IMG/VR virus record: IMGVR_UViG_3300032320_000927
Span: 1-26,771 of that record
DNA length: 26,771 bases
Source of the DNA: a virus
Lineage: Duplodnaviria > Caudoviricetes
Reading direction: 5' to 3' (one strand)
Position 1 is the stretch's first letter; every line of letters begins with the position of its first letter. This document shows, piece by piece, positions 1 to 8,359 of this stretch. Made by a program: the position numbers and the translations under genes. The notes beneath the pieces were generated by a model. It was not told the DNA's origin. It saw only the letters and a list, made by a program, of their open reading frames with translations, and did not search any database.

Positions 1-3
1 CAT
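1..3 (-). CDS. Start codon of the next gene, probably the UvsW helicase (runs off the window)
   Basis: Minus strand reads ...ATG ATG TAA TG, so an ATG overlaps the uvsY stop (TAATG coupling). uvsW usually follows uvsY in T4-like phages. Identity is from synteny only. Confidence 0.35.
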
Positions 4-443
4 TACATCATGCCGTTAGTAAATTTTTGCCATTCAATAGCATTTTTTATATCCCAACCTCTACTATTAATTGAACGGATAATTTGTTCTAATTGGTACA
101 TAACAGTTTTAAAATATTCAACTTTATCTTGTAATATGATTAGGTCAGCATCAACGGATAAAAATTCATCCATTTCATTTTTCAATGGTTTATTACCTTG
201 CCATTGAGACCAACCCTCATCAATCAATTCTTGTTGAGACATTTCTCCTCTGTAATACTTGTATTTCTTACGTCGGTAATTAAGATAATCCGATTCCACC
301 TTTCTCAAATTGAGACGAGTCGATGACAGAAAATTTAAATACTTAGCATGGAGATTTGGAGTACGGGCGGACTCCTGACCAAGATTCATTTCATTGATCT
401 TGCAATCCTCCGCCCATGACTCTTGGAGTTCAGACAATTTCAT
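3..443 (-). CDS. uvsY: UvsY recombination mediator / ssDNA-binding protein
   Basis: 146 aa with LHAKYL, KYKYYRGE, IRSINSRGWDIKNAIEWQKF motifs typical of T4-like UvsY. Located downstream of gp23/gp3. Confidence 0.92.
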   Translation of the reverse strand: MKLSELQESWAEDCKINEMNLGQESARTPNLHAKYLNFLSSTRLNLRKVESDYLNYRRKKYKYYRGEMSQQELIDEGWSQWQGNKPLKNEMDEFLSVDADLIILQDKVEYFKTVMYQLEQIIRSINSRGWDIKNAIEWQKFTNGMM

Positions 444-460
444 AATATAAAGTTACCTAA

Positions 461-1345
461 TTAGCCCACTTGAATAATTTGTTGTGGGTTGCCTTGGAAG
501 TTGAATGAACCGTAGTGGTTCAAGCTGATGGAAGGATCAAGCCAAATTTCACCACCCATATCTTGCCATCTGCGAGAGAAGGTATAATCTTCAGACAAGT
601 AACGCTTATCCTTAGGATCGATCATTGTATCAAAGAATGCGTAGAAATGAGGATTCAATTCTGGAGGAGTATTCAAGTCGTTGTTATATTTCAACTCTGG
701 GTAATGAACAATCATCTTATCGATATCTTCGCGCTTAATCATCATAAAGCCTGTAGCTCCATCGTGTAAGCGAATTAAGCCATTCTCAATAGCAATTTGC
801 TTGCTCTCGCGGTTTAGGAACTTAAAGTTAATTGCATAATCTGAACCGAATGATGCAATAGCTTTATCGTCTAATGGATCATTGTTTTGCTTAACGCTTT
901 CACGGATACGTTGCCAATTAACACCCTTCTTAGGATAAGCTCCAACGGCAATTTCCTTATTGTGAGCAATTAGCTTAATAACGTCTTCAACTTGGAATTC
1001 GATATCAGCGTCAATAAACATTAGGCGAGTAAAATCGCTTTGTAGGAAATACGCAACCAATACGTTACGAGCACGAGTAACTAATGACTCATTTGCGATA
1101 GTACCGAAAGCGATTGGGATTTGATGTTGATTGCAGAATGTTAGCAATCTGATTGTTGATCTGAAATATGCTTCAGTCAACTGACCACCATAGCACGGGG
1201 TCGCGATGAAGATTTTTTCTTTTCGTAAATCTTCAAGTTTAACTTCTAAGCGTTGCTCACCAGGTTTTGCTGGGGGCGTACCGCCTGCTTTTGGCAGAGA
1301 CGGGATTTTAGGCAACGCCATAGGTTTAACTGTCTTTTTTTCCAT
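461..1345 (-). CDS. GT-A fold (GT2-like) glycosyltransferase with Pro/Lys-rich N-terminal extension
   Basis: IFIATPCYGG first strand, ESLVTRARN, MFIDAD (DxD motif), GATGFMMIKR, YLSEDYTFS, LNHYG. GGAG RBS upstream of the ATG. Confidence 0.8.
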   Translation of the reverse strand: MEKKTVKPMALPKIPSLPKAGGTPPAKPGEQRLEVKLEDLRKEKIFIATPCYGGQLTEAYFRSTIRLLTFCNQHQIPIAFGTIANESLVTRARNVLVAYFLQSDFTRLMFIDADIEFQVEDVIKLIAHNKEIAVGAYPKKGVNWQRIRESVKQNNDPLDDKAIASFGSDYAINFKFLNRESKQIAIENGLIRLHDGATGFMMIKREDIDKMIVHYPELKYNNDLNTPPELNPHFYAFFDTMIDPKDKRYLSEDYTFSRRWQDMGGEIWLDPSISLNHYGSFNFQGNPQQIIQVG

Positions 1346-1362
1346 AATAACTCCAAGTTATA

Positions 1363-1950
1363 TTATAAGGGCTCTACTTCGAAAGTAGTATATTTGAACG
1401 ATGCTATCGCTGTAAAATATTCTACGCTTTGTGACGCAATGTCAAAATCTAATGCCTGTAAAGATACAGGGAACAGGTTTTTAAATATTATATTTACTTT
1501 TGCGTTATTTGTCGAGTCTAAAATCGTTAAAGTACCATCCGAGTAAGCCAAAACTTCCGATTTACCGGATTGATCTGTTACAAATGGAAATCCACTTGGG
1601 CGCTTTTTAGCAAATGTAGAAAATTGTTCATAATTTTCGGGGAACCCCAAAGCTATTAACCAACTGTATAATTCAATATAATTAGTCATATCTTCTGAAA
1701 TCAAAAATCTAATTGTAAAATCGCCGAAGTTTATCTTATCCCCGATTCTAGGAATGTCAACAAACGGGCTAGGTTGAATGGCAAACCCCAATTGAATGTC
1801 TGGGATATTTGCCGACTGGCAGGTAAAAGAAACTCCTGGCATATCTTTGATACCAAACCTAAAAGCATTCGGTCTTAGAAAATCATAAGTTCTCGTTAAA
1901 GACGTTTTAGTGTTTTCCTGAATGTAATTAATGTTTGCTGTAAATGCCAT
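1363..1950 (-). CDS. gp3: Tail tube terminator / tail completion protein (gp3-like)
   Basis: FLRPNAFRF, FTCQSANIP, GDKINFGDFTIRFLISEDMTNY, FKNLFPVSL, ASFKYT motifs. Lies directly after gp23 as in aquatic T4-like phages. Confidence 0.85.
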   Translation of the reverse strand: MAFTANINYIQENTKTSLTRTYDFLRPNAFRFGIKDMPGVSFTCQSANIPDIQLGFAIQPSPFVDIPRIGDKINFGDFTIRFLISEDMTNYIELYSWLIALGFPENYEQFSTFAKKRPSGFPFVTDQSGKSEVLAYSDGTLTILDSTNNAKVNIIFKNLFPVSLQALDFDIASQSVEYFTAIASFKYTTFEVEPL

Positions 1951-1971
1951 AAACTTCCTTTATCTACTTTA

Positions 1972-1979
1972 TATTTATA
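1972..1979 (-). promoter_or_regulatory. T4-type late promoter (TATAAATA) for the gp3-glycosyltransferase-uvsY unit
   Basis: Exact TATAAATA on the minus strand, 21 bp upstream of the gp3 ATG and just downstream of the gp23 terminator. Confidence 0.85.
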
Positions 1980-1994
1980 GCCTGTGCAAAGAGC

Positions 1995-2021
1995 AAAAAA
2001 GGGGGAATTGCTTCCCCCTTT
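1995..2021 (-). terminator. Rho-independent terminator after gp23
   Basis: Minus strand AAAGGGGGAA-GCAA-TTCCCCCTTTTTT: perfect stem, GNRA tetraloop, U-tract. Confidence 0.92.
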
Positions 2022-2049
2022 AAAATTCCGATCTTTGCCGGATTCTTGA

Positions 2050-3351
2050 TTACATCAAGTTAACAACTTTAGTCTTGCGATAGTATTGGTTGCGACCAGT
2101 TGTGAATTTGTCTGCATCTGCATCCGATAGAGAATCGCTAGATGTAACATATGGGTTAGCGATCAAGCCGTAACGTGTCTTGAAGCCAATCTTTGGCTGG
2201 AAGCTGTTAGGATCGATAGCACGAACCATTTGTAGAGGAACATATGGGCAGTAGAACATACCTGCGTCATAAGGAGAAGAACCCTTATAACCAACCATAT
2301 AGAACTGATTAGCAGCGCCTAAGTTTGCAGAATATGGATCAATGTAAACACGGTAACGACCGTTCAATACACCTGCGAATGTGTTGCCTGTATCGTCAAC
2401 ATTTAAGTTTGTCGATAGAGCTGGAGTATAGTCTAGAACACCAGACATAGCTAATGCACTTGCAACGTCTGCAGAACAAACGATGAAGTTACCTTTTCCT
2501 CTACGAGTATCTTGTGCAATGTGGTTAGCATCACGCTCAATGTTGAACAATAGACCTTTGAAACGCTCAACAGACCAACGTCCGTTAGAGTCAATGTCTA
2601 AGTCAAATGTTCCTGCTGTTGCTGTTGCAGGTGAACCTGTTTTTGCAACTTGATAAATTGTTCTAACAACTTCACGATTGATTTCAAACATGAATTCTTG
2701 TGATAGAATGTTGGACAATTCTGCTTCTGCGTCAAGACCGTGAATTGCTTTTAAGTCTTGTGCTAATTCAACAGTGTACTCTGCCTTCAATGCTCTTGAC
2801 TTAGCAGTAACTGTTGTCTTGTCAATTGAGAATGACATCTCATTAAATTGACTTGCAGCTTCCATAGATGCTGTAGAGATTGCATTACCTGTGGTATATG
2901 TACCTGATACTGGGTTAGAACCAGAATGAGCTGGGTTAGAACCTGTACCTGGAATAGAACCAGAGAATGAAGTGTTGGCTTCATTGAACAATGCCTCAAC
3001 TCTAGTTGAAGTGCTGTTACGCTCGTCTTTATACATAGATCTCATTGCAAAGATCAAGCCTGTTGGGCCAGTCATTGGTTGTACACCGCAGATGTCATAA
3101 GCCATTAGGTTAGGCATAGCACGACGAACCAAACCGATTAAGATTGGGTCATATTTGTCGATACCTGCTGTTGCGCTAATGTTGTTTGCTGGAGTCTCGA
3201 ACAATGCTTGACGCTCTTCACGTAAAGATTTTTCTTGGTTCTCTAACAATACAGCTGTAACTTGACGCTTGTAGTTGTCTTTAATTTGTGGTAGGTCTGG
3301 ATGATCCAGAATTGCTGACCACTTTTGTTGAATATTCTCTGATAAAAACAT
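2050..3351 (-). CDS. gp23: Major capsid protein
   Basis: LVRRAMPNLMAYDICGVQPMTGPTGLIFAMR, KSRALKAEYTVELAQDLKAIHGLDAEAELSNIL, FYCPYVPLQM, FQPKIGFKTRYG. AAGGAGA RBS. Confidence 0.98.
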   Translation of the reverse strand: MFLSENIQQKWSAILDHPDLPQIKDNYKRQVTAVLLENQEKSLREERQALFETPANNISATAGIDKYDPILIGLVRRAMPNLMAYDICGVQPMTGPTGLIFAMRSMYKDERNSTSTRVEALFNEANTSFSGSIPGTGSNPAHSGSNPVSGTYTTGNAISTASMEAASQFNEMSFSIDKTTVTAKSRALKAEYTVELAQDLKAIHGLDAEAELSNILSQEFMFEINREVVRTIYQVAKTGSPATATAGTFDLDIDSNGRWSVERFKGLLFNIERDANHIAQDTRRGKGNFIVCSADVASALAMSGVLDYTPALSTNLNVDDTGNTFAGVLNGRYRVYIDPYSANLGAANQFYMVGYKGSSPYDAGMFYCPYVPLQMVRAIDPNSFQPKIGFKTRYGLIANPYVTSSDSLSDADADKFTTGRNQYYRKTKVVNLM

Positions 3352-3389
3352 TTAATGTCTCCTTGTTGGTAACTGTTTGAACTTATAGT

Positions 3390-3397
3390 TATTTATA
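3390..3397 (-). promoter_or_regulatory. T4-type late promoter for gp23
   Basis: Exact TATAAATA in the gp22-gp23 intergenic gap. Confidence 0.88.
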
Positions 3398-3399
3398 AG

Positions 3400-4536
3400 T
3401 TATGCTCTTTTGATTGTTCTTGATAAGGCTTGTGCATAGGTCGAAACAACATCATTGCCTGAATAGACTTCAGTTGGTGCGATTTCTTCTATAAGCGCTT
3501 GCTTTGCTGTTTCTTTTGTTACAATAGCATCGCGTGGGAAATAATTTTCTTTAATAACAGATACTTTTTCTTTATAGAAATCTGCATTATCGAACTCTAC
3601 ACCCTCTAGAAGTTTTGCTAATTTGTTAGCCTCAGTATCTGCTAGATCTTTAGACATTTCCTTAATAATAAGTTTCTTTCTTAGATCTGTTACTTCGGTA
3701 TTTAAATTAACATTGTTTTCCAACTGACTGTTTAGTCCTTCTTCCAACTCCGTTACTTTATCTTGCAATTCACTAATTACATCATATTTTTCTTCAGGCA
3801 CTTCAATGTAGTGTTCCTTGAATAGAGCCTTTAGACCTGACATGAAATCTTCGGCAATTTCTGAACGAAGACCACTCTCGACAGCCAATTTATTTTCTTC
3901 TAAGTAATTTTCAACAACATAGTTTAGATAAGCGTCAATCTTTTCTACAACGCCTTCCTTGTATACTGTAAATTCTTCAGCATATTTTTCTTCCAATGCT
4001 GCTGATACTTTTTCCATTTCGTTATTAACGCGAGCAATAACTGCTGCTTCAAAAATGGATGTTGCTTTTTCTCTAAAATCTTCCGATAAATCTTCACCAA
4101 AAATTGGGGAAAGATCAATGGGTTCAACAGTAGTTTCTGTTGTCTCCTCGTCTTCAACTTGTTCTTCTTCGGCTACAACTTCAAGATTTTCTTCTTCGGC
4201 TTCTTCTTCATGAATACCTGTATTCTGAGGAATTTGGCTTAGATCTTTTACTGTTGTGAAATTCGGTGCTTGACCAACTGGACCTTTCATTGCAATAGTA
4301 TTTTTAGAAATACCTTTTGCAGTAATCGCTCCTTGGTTGACATCTTTTTCATCTCGAGTTTCGTGAGATGCGTCTTGTGAATCGCCTTGTCTTGGCTGAC
4401 TACTATCGCCAGAGTTGGCAGCTTTAATTGTGGAATCTTTTTGCTTGGTAGGAACCATCGCTCCAGCTTCTTCATTAACTGAAGTTTTTGCTGTTACTTT
4501 TTCTAGCAATTCCTTAACTTTACTTTCTACTGACAT
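3400..4536 (-). CDS. gp22: Prohead core scaffolding protein
   Basis: Acidic and coiled-coil, with LSEDFREKATSIFEAAV, YLNYVVENYLEENKLAVESGLRSEIAEDF, LFKEHYIEVPEEK, IKENYF. Lies between the protease and gp23. Confidence 0.95.
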   Translation of the reverse strand: MSVESKVKELLEKVTAKTSVNEEAGAMVPTKQKDSTIKAANSGDSSQPRQGDSQDASHETRDEKDVNQGAITAKGISKNTIAMKGPVGQAPNFTTVKDLSQIPQNTGIHEEEAEEENLEVVAEEEQVEDEETTETTVEPIDLSPIFGEDLSEDFREKATSIFEAAVIARVNNEMEKVSAALEEKYAEEFTVYKEGVVEKIDAYLNYVVENYLEENKLAVESGLRSEIAEDFMSGLKALFKEHYIEVPEEKYDVISELQDKVTELEEGLNSQLENNVNLNTEVTDLRKKLIIKEMSKDLADTEANKLAKLLEGVEFDNADFYKEKVSVIKENYFPRDAIVTKETAKQALIEEIAPTEVYSGNDVVSTYAQALSRTIKRA

Positions 4537-4572
4537 TAGTGTCTCCTAAATGTATTGATGTTCTTCAATTGA

Positions 4573-4580
4573 TATTTATA
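4573..4580 (-). promoter_or_regulatory. T4-type late promoter for gp22
   Basis: Exact TATAAATA in the gp21-gp22 gap, upstream of an AGGAGA RBS. Confidence 0.88.
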
Positions 4581-4587
4581 ATTCTAG

Positions 4588-5238
4588 TTACCTAGACAAT
4601 TGATTAACAAATTGTTCAAATATTTTTAACTTAACTTCATCCAAGTTTTTCTTGGATGTTGCCCTTATTTGCTTTTGCGCCGCCTCAATGTGGACTGCTT
4701 TCCAAACACCATTTTCTAGTATCCATTCTGCGGATTCCATTATACCTTGTACAAAGGCATCAGGTGCGGAAGGATCAGCCACAATATCAACGGTTGCTAG
4801 ATGAAAGTCATCCTGCACTTCGTTAATACCATTTGAGTTCATTTTTAGCGATCCTAGGCCTCTAGTTGATACACCTAAACGAACCTCATTTTCTATTAAA
4901 TTTCTTGCAATAACGCCCATTGGCGTTTCTAAAATTTTTGCTCTACCTATTACATCTTTGCCTTCCATCTTTAGGCTAGTAATTAGGTGGGAAACCTGAT
5001 GTAAATTGATTGAAGGATTCTCCGGGTGACCGAGTTCTCCTAGAGATCTTTTTTGTCCGATTAAATCCTGATACTTTCCAACTTCTCTTTCCATGATATT
5101 TCTACCATAGGAACGATTGTTTTTATTTGCAGTATCGGATTGTGCAAAAATTCCTTCAATGTAAATATTCTTGCCACCGCCTTCTTTGGCTTCAATCAGA
5201 TAATTTAAATCTTGTGCTACTTCTTTAATTAGTCTCAT
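4588..5238 (-). CDS. gp21: Prohead protease
   Basis: YIEGIFAQ, NKNNRSY, LGELGHP (catalytic His), GVSTRGLGS (catalytic Ser), DIVADPSAPDAFV. Confidence 0.97.
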   Translation of the reverse strand: MRLIKEVAQDLNYLIEAKEGGGKNIYIEGIFAQSDTANKNNRSYGRNIMEREVGKYQDLIGQKRSLGELGHPENPSINLHQVSHLITSLKMEGKDVIGRAKILETPMGVIARNLIENEVRLGVSTRGLGSLKMNSNGINEVQDDFHLATVDIVADPSAPDAFVQGIMESAEWILENGVWKAVHIEAAQKQIRATSKKNLDEVKLKIFEQFVNQLSR

Positions 5239-5251
5239 AGTAATTTCCTAA

Positions 5252-5632
5252 TTATTTCTTAGTTTGCTGATCCGGTTCAATGAATCCCGCTGGTTTAGAT
5301 AAGTGTAAATAAATTGTAGAGTTTGCTGGCAAGGTAACAGTTATGTTAGCATTTGTATTTGATGTATCTGAAAATCCAAACATCTGTGTCAACGACCAAT
5401 TATCATTACCATTTAAATACAAAGTATTAGTACCACCGCGAGAAACAACAATAGGAAGCACACCGGGAGTAGTCCAAATCATACCCCCAATGTTCATTTG
5501 CACATTAGGTTGATCGACCGTTTCATCAGTAAGTTTTAGATCTGCACTAGTAATTGAGGATGAGCCGTCGCCAACCATTTTTACAACTGCTTGTTGTCTA
5601 ACCTTTTTAAGTACCGTTTTAACTACTGGCAT
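5252..5632 (-). CDS. Hypothetical beta-rich protein in the head gene cluster
   Basis: 126-aa ORF packed between neighbours, with a GAGAG RBS. Function not recognised. Confidence 0.7.
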   Translation of the reverse strand: MPVVKTVLKKVRQQAVVKMVGDGSSSITSADLKLTDETVDQPNVQMNIGGMIWTTPGVLPIVVSRGGTNTLYLNGNDNWSLTQMFGFSDTSNTNANITVTLPANSTIYLHLSKPAGFIEPDQQTKK

Positions 5633-5643
5633 TTAATTCTCTC

Positions 5644-5991
5644 TTATTTGTTTACGGGTTTTTTACCTGTTTGCGGTACGCCCATTTTCTTTTGTAAATT
5701 CTTTAATTGATCTTCATCTGAACCGCCGGTAAGAGCTTTGCCAACTTTTTTAGCAACAGTCTTTACAGTATCCATCATGCCTTCTTCTACAGATTCAACA
5801 TCTTCATTTCTAGATTTGCCTTTAGCACCGTACGAAGCAGCCAAAGCCATTTGAATACGTTTTGCTTTAGATTTACCTGCAAATTTAGGATTATCGGAAT
5901 GCACAAAATCGTGTATGTATTTTCCGGCAGGATCCGAGGCTTTTAGTTTTTCTTCTAAATAACTCTCTCTGAGTTCTTTAAATTTCTTCAT
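5644..5991 (-). CDS. Putative internal head / prohead core protein
   Basis: 115 aa, Lys-rich. N-terminus MKKFKELRE resembles the T4 capsid-targeting sequence, and there are L/V-x-E sites. Located between gp67 and gp21. Confidence 0.6.
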   Translation of the reverse strand: MKKFKELRESYLEEKLKASDPAGKYIHDFVHSDNPKFAGKSKAKRIQMALAASYGAKGKSRNEDVESVEEGMMDTVKTVAKKVGKALTGGSDEDQLKNLQKKMGVPQTGKKPVNK

Positions 5992-6160
5992 GTTCTTCTT
6001 GTCCCTGTTCTTTGCCTATATTAGATGCAAGTTCGATTTTTTTGGCATCTAATGCATCAGTAATTTTTGTTGCCATGATTTCATTGAATTTTTCCATAGC
6101 ATCAGTTTGCTGATTATTAATAATACTATCTACCATGTGGTGAATGACTGACGATTTCAT
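5978..6160 (-). CDS. gp67: Prohead core protein (gp67-like)
   Basis: 60-aa helical protein (FNEIMATKITDALDAKKIELA) with an acidic tail, immediately after the portal gene. AAAGGA RBS. Confidence 0.7.
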   Translation of the reverse strand: MKSSVIHHMVDSIINNQQTDAMEKFNEIMATKITDALDAKKIELASNIGKEQGQEEHEEI

Positions 6161-6176
6161 AATTTTTCCTTTACAT

Positions 6177-6184
6177 TATTTATT
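6177..6184 (-). promoter_or_regulatory. Variant late promoter (AATAAATA) upstream of gp67
   Basis: ATAAATA core overlapping the portal stop codon, 16 bp upstream of the next ATG. Confidence 0.55.
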
Positions 6185-7745
6185 GAGGCGGTTGTTGATC
6201 CTGATCTTGTCCTGGCGGAAGCTGGCCCGGGGGCATACCCGGCATGCCAATTTGCGGCGGTGGAGGTTCAGAATCAATCTGTTTCTTCATTGCTGCAATT
6301 TCTTTTTCCGACATTCTTAGTATATTTTTCATAACATAATCTTGACTGTAATATGCACCAACAAAAGGTTGAATTTGTATTAACAAATCAATTCTATTTC
6401 TCATATTCTCAGCATCTTTCATTTCTTCAAAATACTGATCCTGCGTATATCTATATTGGATTTTATCCTTTATACTAGTCCAGTCTTTATCAGTCAATAC
6501 ACCTTTTAGTAATAATTGCGTTCTTAATAAATCGGTAAACAATTCATTAAACTTCTTTCGCAATCTACCAACAAACTTCGCAAATTTTAACTCATCTCTA
6601 GTTATCTCGGTCGCCCTACCAAACGAGATACCTGTCTGTGGTTGCATTCTTGACAAAGGAACATTCAATGCCTGATATAATTTAGATTGAAAATAATTTA
6701 CATCTTCAATTTGACCAAGATTTTCTCCGCCGGCCAATGTATCAATTTCTGTACCTCTGCCACCTTCTCTTCTCGGTAACCAAAAGTCCTCAAGTGTAGA
6801 CATCATCTTACGATCGTCTCTAATTTCACCTGTGTTTGAATCGTACACAATTTTATTTCTATAGCGAGCCATAATATCTTTTAAATATTGCTCGGCTTTT
6901 AACTTAGGTAAATTACCTACGTCAATATAAAATATTCTTCTCTCGGGTGCTCTAGCTATTCTGTAAATAACTAATGCATCTTCCATCATCTTTAATTGGT
7001 TGACAGGTTTGATTGCTCTGTGTAAATGACCAATTACTATATTCTTGTCATAATCCAACAGACCAGATGGCACGAAACAAATTGCATCTGTGTTTATTCT
7101 AACGCCCTGATGAGCAGTAGTAGAATATGTTGGATTATAAGTTAATCCTTTGTCATTATAAACAAAAAATTCATCAACAGATTTAATTAGATCAACACCT
7201 GTATCTCTGTCTTTTTCTTTTTTAATCTCACGTAATTTTTTAATTTTTCTAGGATCAATTTGAACAAGTTCTAAAACACCTCTTCTTGGGTTTTTAGGAT
7301 CAATGATCTTTTGAAAATATAATCTACCATCCACATACCAACGTCTAAAGATATCATAACCTTTATCGTTAAAATCTAGCAGCTGTAATATTGTATCGAA
7401 TTCTTTTTCGATAGTATCTTTAATATCATCAGGTATGTCAAGCTGATCTAAATTTACTTTAACAATCGCTTCGTCATCTATTGCTGCAATTGCCTCAGTT
7501 AAAATTTCATCAATAGCTGCGGTAGTATCTGGGTATAATGCTGCTTCCCTATAGCGAGTAATCAGCTCATACTCAGATTTTGTAGTTGCATCTAAATCAA
7601 CATACGTACCAAAATACCCACCTGCCTGTACAGTAGACGCGCCATCATCTAATATAGGTGTGGCGAATCCCTGTTTATTCTTTGTTATCGGTTGGTCATC
7701 CTCATCATCTCGACCAAAGGTAAAGCCAAATAGCTTAACTGCCAT
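6180..7745 (-). CDS. gp20: Portal vertex protein
   Basis: FRRWYVDGR, HLHRAIKPVNQLKMMEDALVIYRIARAPERRIFYIDVGNLPK, EDFWLPRREGGRGTEI, EITRDELKF. Confidence 0.98.
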   Translation of the reverse strand: MAVKLFGFTFGRDDEDDQPITKNKQGFATPILDDGASTVQAGGYFGTYVDLDATTKSEYELITRYREAALYPDTTAAIDEILTEAIAAIDDEAIVKVNLDQLDIPDDIKDTIEKEFDTILQLLDFNDKGYDIFRRWYVDGRLYFQKIIDPKNPRRGVLELVQIDPRKIKKLREIKKEKDRDTGVDLIKSVDEFFVYNDKGLTYNPTYSTTAHQGVRINTDAICFVPSGLLDYDKNIVIGHLHRAIKPVNQLKMMEDALVIYRIARAPERRIFYIDVGNLPKLKAEQYLKDIMARYRNKIVYDSNTGEIRDDRKMMSTLEDFWLPRREGGRGTEIDTLAGGENLGQIEDVNYFQSKLYQALNVPLSRMQPQTGISFGRATEITRDELKFAKFVGRLRKKFNELFTDLLRTQLLLKGVLTDKDWTSIKDKIQYRYTQDQYFEEMKDAENMRNRIDLLIQIQPFVGAYYSQDYVMKNILRMSEKEIAAMKKQIDSEPPPPQIGMPGMPPGQLPPGQDQDQQPPQ

Positions 7746-7795
7746 AATTAAATTCTTTCAAAAGTATTACTGTTTATCTGTTTCAACCGGTCTCA

Positions 7796-8347
7796 TCAAG
7801 CTCTTGCTCCTGCCAAGACCTCTGCGACCGGAGTGCCAACAATACTAAATGTCTGATACTGGAAAGATGCTCCGAATGTTGAGATTTGATCGTTACTACC
7901 AAAGTCTAATTGAACCGGTCCGATTTCCACAGGGAAGGCGCCGTCTAATTTATATGTTCTTAAGATACTACCATTGCGATCTAATTGGTTAATTTCTATT
8001 GGTCTCTGGTATAGTGAAGGGTTCTGTTCCCCAGTTTTATCTAATTTTTTCTCAACATATTCCATCCATGACTCTAATGCGTTTCTAACAGTAAAATTAG
8101 TGTCATTAATTATGGAACAGCTGAACGGAGCAAATTCTTTATCGCCTGCCAATTTAATTAAACGACCTCTATAATAAATGGGAGTAACTCCCATAGTTTG
8201 CCCGGGCAATTCTGCGGTAGTTATTAAGAATTTTCCCACCTCTCCTGCGCTCTGACCGAGGAAAGAAGGATAATTAATAATTACCTCAAACTGATTCGGT
8301 CTTGCGCCGCCGCCGCCTAATTTACTTTTAAATGTTGATATATCCAT
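7796..8347 (-). CDS. gp19: Tail tube protein
   Basis: GGARPNQFEV, AELPG, YRGRLIKLAGD, INDTNFTVRNALESW, QLDRNG, AFPVEIGPVQLD. Confidence 0.95.
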   Translation of the reverse strand: MDISTFKSKLGGGGARPNQFEVIINYPSFLGQSAGEVGKFLITTAELPGQTMGVTPIYYRGRLIKLAGDKEFAPFSCSIINDTNFTVRNALESWMEYVEKKLDKTGEQNPSLYQRPIEINQLDRNGSILRTYKLDGAFPVEIGPVQLDFGSNDQISTFGASFQYQTFSIVGTPVAEVLAGARA

Positions 8348-8359
8348 TTGGATCTCCTA

